From assembly GCA_051879275.1 (NCBI GenBank), contig JBJELS010000091.1, positions 1 to 14,458 on the forward strand: a stretch of 14,458 bases of DNA, written 5' to 3'. This document shows positions 1 to 5,874 of the stretch, piece after piece. Both the position numbers and the translations under genes were made by a program. This DNA comes from Lachnospiraceae bacterium (GTDB lineage: Bacteria > Bacillota > Clostridia > Lachnospirales > Lachnospiraceae). How positions within the stretch are numbered: position 1 is the stretch's first letter; each line of letters begins with the position of its first letter. The notes beneath the pieces were generated by a model. That model saw only the letters and a program-made list of their open reading frames with translations. It searched no databases and was not told the origin of the DNA.

Positions 1-71
1 TGGTGTTTTGCAGTTGCTGCAATCATTGCATCTAAAGAACCAAAATTATGTATCAATGCATAATGAATCAT
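1..71 (-). CDS. Partial ORF running off the left edge; possible C-terminal fragment of a PIN-domain (VapC-like) protein
   Basis: The minus-strand frame from ATG 71-69 reads MIHYALIHNFGSLDAMIAATAKH and stays open to base 1. An in-frame TAA sits just upstream at 80-78. The string D-A-M-I-A-A-T-A resembles the conserved D.lIAAtA motif in the C-terminal third of PIN nucleases. Only 23 codons are visible. Confidence 0.25.
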   Translation of the reverse strand, partial: MIHYALIHNFGSLDAMIAATAKH

Positions 72-140
72 GTCACTTTATTCCCCACAATCAAAGGTGG
101 ACGATAAATCCTAAAGTAATCTAAAAAGCAGGAGGAGGGA

Positions 141-158
141 GGGAAGCTCACGCTTCCC
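141..158 (-). terminator. GC-rich hairpin overlapping the stop codon of the last recombinase gene; possible terminator or 3' stabiliser
   Basis: gggaagc (141-147) pairs with gcttccc (152-158), a 7-bp stem. The minus-strand tetraloop is GTGA (GNRA type) and contains the TGA stop. The nearest T-run on the minus strand (TTTTT) begins only after 13 further nt, so this is not a canonical intrinsic terminator. Confidence 0.35.
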
Positions 159-1701
159 CTTCCCTGTAATTCCACTCAATCTCCACCCGCTTATCCCGAT
201 AAACCGTGATTCTCTTAATAAACACATCCACTGCCTCCTGGGTTAATTCCTTCAGACCCGAAAAGCGGAGGATATCCTTCATATCCTGCTTGGGACTACG
301 ATACTCCTCTTCCACCCGATCATATTCACTATCTATCTTTTCGGTCTTAGTAGACAGGTCTTCCAGCTGCAAAGTGAGTTCGGCTGTTTTACCGCGATAT
401 TCTTCCACACTTAGCTGTCCTGTGGCATAACGCTCATAAAGGGAGCTCTTTTCCTGCAAACAGCTCTGGTACAGCTTTGTGACATCCGCCTTTTCCTTCT
501 TAAGCCTTTCCAGCATTTCCTTCTGTACCAGCTCAAGTGCTTCTCTTTGTTTTACCAGTTCGCCTCGGTACATAAGCTCTCGATAGAGTTCCAGAAGAAT
601 AATCTCTTCTAAATGAGAGGCCCTAAAGTATGTACAGCAGTCCTCTATCTGCAACAAGGCGTGTTTTCTGCACCAGAAGTGGTTTGGCATCTTCCCCTTT
701 CCCTTTGGCTTATAGTTCATGGAGTATCCGCAGCCTCCACAGTAAAGTTTTCCAGTAAGGGGATGCTTTTTTCGTTTACGTTTCGTAGACTGCTCCGGGC
801 GAAAAGAAGAGGCAAGGGCAAATTCTTCCGGTGTGACCAGTGGCTCATGGTGAGCAAAAATCACCTTCCACTCCTCCTTTGGCAGTCGGATACCATTTTT
901 GCTTCCTACTGCTTTCCTTATGCTTTTCCCATAGCTCATTTCCCCCAGATAAAAACGATTATTTAATATCGTTCTTACTACTGTGCTGCTCCAGGTATGA
1001 TGTTCTTTTTGCAGCTTCCTATGGGGATAACGCATCTGAGTTGCAGTGGGAATCTTTTCATCAAAAAGTTTTTTTGCAATCTGCCCACTACTGAATCCCT
1101 CTATAGCCAAAGAAAAAATATACCGTACAATCTTTGCTTCTTTAGCATTGACCACTACTACATTTTTCTCTGTCTGACTTTTGGCATAACCCAAGGGTAC
1201 CTGTCCAAAGACATATTCGCCCCTCCCGCATTTGTTTTTCACTGCTGACTTTACCTTAACCGATACGTCTTTACTGTATAAATCATAAAGCAGGGTTTGA
1301 AAGGCAGTATCTATCCCCATGGTATTTCCCTCATGATTCTTACTGTCGTAATGATCATTTAGTGCAATAAACCGGATCCGCAGAAAAGGAAAGATTTGAT
1401 TAAGATAATCTCCCAGTTCCAGATAGTCTCTGGAAAAACGGGACATATCTTTCACCAGAATACATTGGATCATCCCTTGTTTGACCTGCTTTAGGAGCTC
1501 CTGTACTCCCGGTCTGTCCATGTTGGTGCCGGAAAAGCCGTCATCCTGAAACTGGGCTATCTCCATTCCCTGCCATTCCTTATTCCTGTCGATGTATTCT
1601 AACAATAGCTTACGCTGGCTGGAAATACTGTTGCTCTCTTCCCCTTCCCCATCTTCCAAAGAAAGGCGAAGGTAGATGGCAATTTTTCTTTTTTTACTCA
1701 T
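148..1701 (-). CDS. Large serine recombinase (third gene of a trio)
   Basis: 517 aa. N-terminal resolvase-type catalytic domain: IYLRLSLED (R-x-S nucleophile context), DDGFSGTNMDRPGVQELL, ILVKDMSRFSRDY. Central recombinase domain. Cys-rich zinc-ribbon region (LYCGGCGYSM ... FWCRKH ... EDCC). Charged coiled-coil C-terminus. The start overlaps the upstream stop (ATGA at 1698-1701). Confidence 0.93.
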   Translation of the reverse strand: MSKKRKIAIYLRLSLEDGEGEESNSISSQRKLLLEYIDRNKEWQGMEIAQFQDDGFSGTNMDRPGVQELLKQVKQGMIQCILVKDMSRFSRDYLELGDYLNQIFPFLRIRFIALNDHYDSKNHEGNTMGIDTAFQTLLYDLYSKDVSVKVKSAVKNKCGRGEYVFGQVPLGYAKSQTEKNVVVVNAKEAKIVRYIFSLAIEGFSSGQIAKKLFDEKIPTATQMRYPHRKLQKEHHTWSSTVVRTILNNRFYLGEMSYGKSIRKAVGSKNGIRLPKEEWKVIFAHHEPLVTPEEFALASSFRPEQSTKRKRKKHPLTGKLYCGGCGYSMNYKPKGKGKMPNHFWCRKHALLQIEDCCTYFRASHLEEIILLELYRELMYRGELVKQREALELVQKEMLERLKKEKADVTKLYQSCLQEKSSLYERYATGQLSVEEYRGKTAELTLQLEDLSTKTEKIDSEYDRVEEEYRSPKQDMKDILRFSGLKELTQEAVDVFIKRITVYRDKRVEIEWNYREGEA

Positions 1702-3434
1702 CTGGCCAGCCCTCCTTCCAGAAAAGCATCGGTATAGGAAAACAACACCTCTATCCGTTTTCCGGGGTAAAGATAGATTTTGCTGATTAACGCCTCAATC
1801 AACTCTTTTGTGAGTACCTTGCCTTTCTTCAGTTTAAGCAGGGCACGAACAGCTTTTAAATAACGTTCTCCGTTTCGCTCTAATTCTGCTATCTGCTCTT
1901 TATATTGCTGCTCCTGCTTTTCCATTTCCCGAAGTCTTTTTTCTTTCTGCAGGTTGTATGCCACATACTCCTTCTGGGAAATCTTTCCCGCCCGGTAAGC
2001 CATATATTGCTCGCTTTCCTCTCCGGTAAGCCTCTCCTTTACCTGAATGGATAAGTGAAGTCTTTTTTCCGCTTCTTTTGCTTTTTGCCTAATGATCTTC
2101 TTTGCTTTTTCTAAATCATTCTTTTGTTTACCCAGTCCGGCAGCAAGCTCCACTTCCAATAAAGAAACCAGAAGTTTCTCCAGTTCTATCTTGGAAATAC
2201 GGTTAGAAGAAGTACATCTGTCGACTTTCGTGGACTTGGCATTCAGGCAAAAATAACTGTCCATTCGGCTTTTCTTGCCATCTGCATAATGCTTTACCTG
2301 GCTATGTCTGGTCATTTTCCGTCCACAGACACCACAAAACAATACCATATCAAAGATATTTTCCTCTAAGGGACAGCCTTCTGTAGGATGGTTTTGTGCT
2401 TTTGTCCTTTCTGAAAGTTTTCGACAGATTTCTGCTGTACGATTAAATAACGCTTTTTCAACCAGGGGTTCATGAGTATTTTCTTTCCTTACCCACTCTT
2501 CTTTTCCCTTATGGATGCGGTTTCTTTCATCCCGCGCTGTGATACTGGTTTTTCCCTGTATCAGCTTCCCCATATAAGTTTCACTTTTTAAGATTCGCTC
2601 CACTGCACCTTTATCCCAGCCCTTGTAGGGAACATCCAACGGGCAGTAAACCTCCCCTGTTTTTCGGTAAACTGCCGGAGGATTAATCTTCCTTTTGTTT
2701 AGCTCGTTCGCTACCGCCGTATAACTTTCTGTCTCAACAAACTGTTCATAAATAAAACGAATGATCTCTGCCGTATTCTCGTCCGTCTTCAGTTTCCTTA
2801 CTTTCCCCTCCCAAGCTGCAACATAACCGTAAGGAGCAGGTCCACCAACATAAGAGCCTTCTTCCCGTCTCTGGGCAAGGGAATGTTTTGCTTTCCTGGA
2901 AAAATCCTTGGCATACAGATCATTCACCAGATTTTTGATTTCGGAAGTGATCTGTTTTTTCTCATTTCCCTCTATGCCAGTGTCAAAGCCTTCTATTACT
3001 GCGATAAATCGTACCCCCAAAAAAGGAAATATCTTTTCAATATAGTTTCCTGCTTCCAGATAATTCCTGCCACAGCGGGACAGGTCTTTGACAATAATGC
3101 AGTTAATGTCTCCCATACGGACATCCTGCATCAGCCGCTCAAAGCCGGCCCGGTTAAAATTGGTTCCGGTTTTTCCTAAATCGGTATAGCAATCTACCAC
3201 TTCAATCTTATCCTGATGGTTTTGGTTCCAGTTCTCTACAAAAGACTTGGCAATCTCAATCTGCCCCTCTGCCGATTCACTTTTGGAAATCTTCTTTCCA
3301 TCAGGCTTATCCTGATCAGAAGAAAGTCTGGCGTAAATCCCGGCTCGGTAAATCTTATGTATAAAGGGCTGATTCTTAAGTGTATTCTTTTTTTCCAAAG
3401 AAACCGTAACCCTGCGTTTTGATACTCTTCCCAT
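1698..3434 (-). CDS. Large serine recombinase (second gene of a trio)
   Basis: 578 aa. Motifs: IYARLSSDQ, DLGKTGTNFNRAGFERLMQDV, IIVKDLSRCGRNY. Zinc ribbon: LFCGVCGRKMTRH ... YFCLNAKSTKVDRC. Long K/E-rich coiled coil. The SD (AGGAG) lies 9 nt upstream of ATG 3434, and the start is 2 nt after the upstream gene's TAA. Confidence 0.93.
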   Translation of the reverse strand: MGRVSKRRVTVSLEKKNTLKNQPFIHKIYRAGIYARLSSDQDKPDGKKISKSESAEGQIEIAKSFVENWNQNHQDKIEVVDCYTDLGKTGTNFNRAGFERLMQDVRMGDINCIIVKDLSRCGRNYLEAGNYIEKIFPFLGVRFIAVIEGFDTGIEGNEKKQITSEIKNLVNDLYAKDFSRKAKHSLAQRREEGSYVGGPAPYGYVAAWEGKVRKLKTDENTAEIIRFIYEQFVETESYTAVANELNKRKINPPAVYRKTGEVYCPLDVPYKGWDKGAVERILKSETYMGKLIQGKTSITARDERNRIHKGKEEWVRKENTHEPLVEKALFNRTAEICRKLSERTKAQNHPTEGCPLEENIFDMVLFCGVCGRKMTRHSQVKHYADGKKSRMDSYFCLNAKSTKVDRCTSSNRISKIELEKLLVSLLEVELAAGLGKQKNDLEKAKKIIRQKAKEAEKRLHLSIQVKERLTGEESEQYMAYRAGKISQKEYVAYNLQKEKRLREMEKQEQQYKEQIAELERNGERYLKAVRALLKLKKGKVLTKELIEALISKIYLYPGKRIEVLFSYTDAFLEGGLAR

Positions 3435-3436
3435 AC

Positions 3437-5101
3437 TTACACACTCCTTCCTCCACCGCCTTTCTGCCCGGAAAGGGTGCGTGCATATTCCTGCATGATT
3501 CGGTATTCATCCTGCAAATAAAATTCCATCTCTATTCGCTTATTCTCATAGATATAGATACCTTTTACCAGGCTGACTAACGTGTGTCGATCCAATTCTT
3601 CCAAACTGAGGCTTTCTTTGAATTTTTCCAAACGTCCCACACTGGCCATACCATCTGCCCACATTTGCTGAATCCGTTTTTCCTGCTCCTGCTCTGCTTT
3701 GTTCAACTGCTCAAGCCTTCCTGCAAACTCCTTCTTAAGCCGTTCAAATTCTTCCCTTGTGATGATTTCTTGACGAAGATCCTCATCCAGTCCCTTACAA
3801 AGCCGGTAATACTTATCCTGCTCCTGTTTGATGCGGATAAACTCTTTCTGGCATCCGCTAACTGCCTTTAGACTTACCTTTTGTTTTCTCGTTTCCTGAA
3901 AAAGCCTATCTTTTTGCAAAAAATCATTGGCATAACGGCGTACAGCAAGATTCACCAATTCTGTTAAGGTACTTTCTTCTATACTGTGACGGCTGCAGCC
4001 CTGTCCCCGGTTTTTCGTGGAACAAATATAGTAGATTTTTTCTGATTGCTTATAACGAACCTTTCTGCGGATCATCTGCTCCCTGCAGTCTGCACAAAAG
4101 AGGATTCCCATAAACAGGCTGATCTCTTTCCCCTCCGGGCTGACTCTTCCATCCCTTTTCAACAGGTTCTGTACCGTTTCAAAATCACTGGCTGTCACAA
4201 TGGGTTCATGGGTATTTTCTACCCGAACCCATTCTTCCTTGGGTTTTTCTACGCTTATGTTTACCTTATAGTTCACTTTCTGGGTCTTTCCCTGCAAAAG
4301 GTGTCCAAGATATACTTCATTGGTCAGAATCCTCTTCACCGAAGCACTACTCCAAAGACTGTCCTTTCTTCCTGCAAAGCCTCCCCGAAAATTGATGCCG
4401 GTGGATTTTTTATATTCCTTCGGGGAAAGGATAGATAACCCATTTAACTTCTCTGCAATGGCAGAAACTGCCATCCCTTCAATCTTCCAGCGAAAAATTT
4501 TTCGGACAACCTGGGCTGCATATTCATCCACAACCAGCTTATTTTTCTCCCTCACAGACTTTCGATAACCATACACGGCAAAGGGAGCCAGACATTCTCC
4601 TGCCTTTCGTTTCACTGCCAGCTGACTCTTTACTTTATCCGAAATGTCCCGGCAATAGGAATCGTTAATAAAGTTTTTTACCGGAAGAACGATATGCTTT
4701 TCTCCTGCATCTGCCGATAAGCTGTCATAGTGATCGGTTAAGGCGATAAAACGCACACCAAGAGCAGGAAATACCTTCTCCAGGTATTTTCCCGTCTCAA
4801 TATAATCACGTCCAAAACGGGACAAGTCTTTTACCACCACACAGTTTACTCTGCCCGCTTCAACATCCTGCATCATTCGCTTAAATTCTGGTCGGTGAAA
4901 ATTGCTGCCGGAATAGCCATCATCCACATAGCTGTCATAGAGCTCCATATCCTCCTGCTCATTCAGGAAGGAACGGATCATCTCCCTCTGACTGCCTATG
5001 CTGTTGCTTTCGGCTTTAGAAATGCTGCCCTTTTCTCCGGTATTATCCTCTCTGGATAAACGAAGATACATGGCAACTAAGAATTTTATCTGTTTATTCA
5101 T
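3437..5101 (-). CDS. Large serine recombinase (first gene of a trio)
   Basis: 554 aa. Motifs: MYLRLSRED, DDGYSGSNFHRPEFKRMMQDV, VVVKDLSRFGRDY. Zinc ribbon: LFCADCREQMIRR ... YYICSTKNRGQGCSRH. Coiled-coil C-terminus. SD AGGAG lies upstream of ATG 5101. Confidence 0.93.
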   Translation of the reverse strand: MNKQIKFLVAMYLRLSREDNTGEKGSISKAESNSIGSQREMIRSFLNEQEDMELYDSYVDDGYSGSNFHRPEFKRMMQDVEAGRVNCVVVKDLSRFGRDYIETGKYLEKVFPALGVRFIALTDHYDSLSADAGEKHIVLPVKNFINDSYCRDISDKVKSQLAVKRKAGECLAPFAVYGYRKSVREKNKLVVDEYAAQVVRKIFRWKIEGMAVSAIAEKLNGLSILSPKEYKKSTGINFRGGFAGRKDSLWSSASVKRILTNEVYLGHLLQGKTQKVNYKVNISVEKPKEEWVRVENTHEPIVTASDFETVQNLLKRDGRVSPEGKEISLFMGILFCADCREQMIRRKVRYKQSEKIYYICSTKNRGQGCSRHSIEESTLTELVNLAVRRYANDFLQKDRLFQETRKQKVSLKAVSGCQKEFIRIKQEQDKYYRLCKGLDEDLRQEIITREEFERLKKEFAGRLEQLNKAEQEQEKRIQQMWADGMASVGRLEKFKESLSLEELDRHTLVSLVKGIYIYENKRIEMEFYLQDEYRIMQEYARTLSGQKGGGGRSV

Positions 5102-5127
5102 CTAAAATCACTCCTAACTTTTTTCTC

Positions 5128-5161
5128 AAAAAATCAGGAGCTTCACTGATTTGTCCTGATT
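5128..5161 (-). terminator. Weak hairpin plus T-run between the 90-aa gene and the recombinase operon; possible attenuator or terminator
   Basis: On the minus strand AATCAGGA (5161-5154) pairs with TCCTGATT (5139-5132), an 8-bp stem with a 14-nt loop. It runs directly into TTTT, giving six consecutive T including the stem end. The stem is A/T-rich and the loop is large, so predicted stability is modest. Confidence 0.35.
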
Positions 5162-5231
5162 GTAAAATAGCATAAACCAACTGCCTTTTCAACCCGGTAG
5201 ATTTACCAAAAAACAGGTGACTGCTACTCCC

Positions 5232-5504
5232 TTAAAAATGAACCTCTGCCAATCGCTGCAGATATTCCATCATCTTATCCTCCATGCTGGCTCCCTTTTC
5301 CTGAAATTTCACCTTCACCACATAATCCCCTATACGGTTTATATAAACGTTTCCCGTCTGGCTGGCAAAGGCCTCCAGCTTCTTGGCTACCGGTAAAGAG
5401 GTATCAATCTGAATATCCCGCAAATCGGTAAGAGCGGATAAATCCACCGTCCTCACATCCACATCTGCCATACGTTCAAGTTCTTCTCTGGTCAGCTTCA
5501 ACAT
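5232..5504 (-). CDS. Small conserved hypothetical protein (90 aa) upstream of the recombinase trio; possibly DUF6870-like
   Basis: The ORF track starts at an alternative codon (5531). ATG 5504 is preferred because AAAGGAGAG lies 5 nt upstream. The product is MLKLTREELERMADVDVRTVDLSALTDLRDIQIDTSLP.... From memory, the V-D-x-R-T-V-D ... D-I-x-I-D pattern occurs in small proteins annotated next to serine recombinase clusters in Clostridia. This is unverified. Confidence 0.7.
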   Translation of the reverse strand: MLKLTREELERMADVDVRTVDLSALTDLRDIQIDTSLPVAKKLEAFASQTGNVYINRIGDYVVKVKFQEKGASMEDKMMEYLQRLAEVHF

Positions 5505-5533
5505 CTTCTCTCCTTTTGTTTTCCTATTCACGG

Positions 5534-5562
5534 ATTATTTCTATTGGTATATCCTGTCTTAA
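5534..5562 (-). promoter_or_regulatory. Putative sigma-A-type promoter for the 90-aa gene and recombinase operon
   Basis: Minus strand: TTAAGA (5562-5557), a 17-nt spacer, then AATAAT (5539-5534). That is a 4/6 and a 5/6 match to TTGACA/TATAAT. It would place a start site about 20-25 nt upstream of ATG 5504. Weak evidence. Confidence 0.2.
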
Positions 5563-5623
5563 TATATTCCTTTTTGTCCTTGTCCTATTCCTTCCAATTT
5601 ATCTCCACCCAACATCATCCAAC

Positions 5624-5653
5624 AGCGTAACGATTCAGTACCTTCATCGTTAC
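5624..5653 (-). repeat. Hairpin repeat, copy A (downstream of helicase and micro-ORF)
   Basis: The sequence agcgtaacgattcagtaccttcatcgttac is 29/30 identical to 8034-8063, in the same orientation. The internal inverted repeat is gtaacgat (5627-5634) with atcgttac (5646-5653), with an 11-nt loop. c5626:g5654 adds a ninth pair. Confidence 0.85.
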
Positions 5654-5654
5654 G

Positions 5655-5703
5655 AGGCATGAGTTCCATTAAAAATTGCTTTCAGCAATGGGATCTCATG
5701 CCT
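5655..5703 (-). other. Compound hairpin immediately next to hairpin repeat copy A
   Basis: aggcatgag (5655-5663) pairs with ctcatgcct (5695-5703), 9 bp. It encloses an inner hairpin (minus strand ATTGCT-GAA-AGCAAT followed by TTTTT). There is no T-run after the outer stem. Confidence 0.5.
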
Positions 5704-5744
5704 TTGTATCATGTTCTTACGGTATTCGCAGTAAATGCTCATAC

Positions 5745-5873
5745 CTATTCTGAACAGTCCTCCAACAGCTTCATATAACTGTCTGCCACCACAATGGCCA
5801 ATCCGGCTGCGGCCACCAATAAAAGAATAATCGCTGCCACTGTTCCCAGTAAAATATACCCTCCTATGCTCAT
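5745..5873 (-). CDS. Unlisted 42-aa single-pass transmembrane micro-ORF coupled to the helicase 3' end
   Basis: The minus strand reads ATG (5873-5871) ... TAG (5747-5745), translating to MSIGGYILLGTVAAIILLLVAAAGLAIVVADSYMKLLEDCSE. A strong SD (AAGGAGG) is embedded in the last helicase codons, 9 nt upstream of the ATG. The ATG starts 1 nt after the helicase TAG. The product has a hydrophobic stretch of about 25 residues followed by an acidic tail. Confidence 0.55.
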   Translation of the reverse strand: MSIGGYILLGTVAAIILLLVAAAGLAIVVADSYMKLLEDCSE

Positions 5874-5874
5874 T

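Noticed and set aside
206-1248. Four plus-strand ORFs (206-430, 613-966, 840-1094, 997-1248)
   Set aside because: They are antisense to a recombinase CDS with full catalytic motifs. The products are low-complexity (S/L/F/C-rich), mutually overlapping and motif-free. These are shadow ORFs.
2883-4568. Plus-strand ORFs 2883-3179, 3216-3422, 3584-3871, 4046-4438 and 4320-4568
   Set aside because: They are antisense shadows of the second and first recombinase genes. There is no SD and no protein-like composition.
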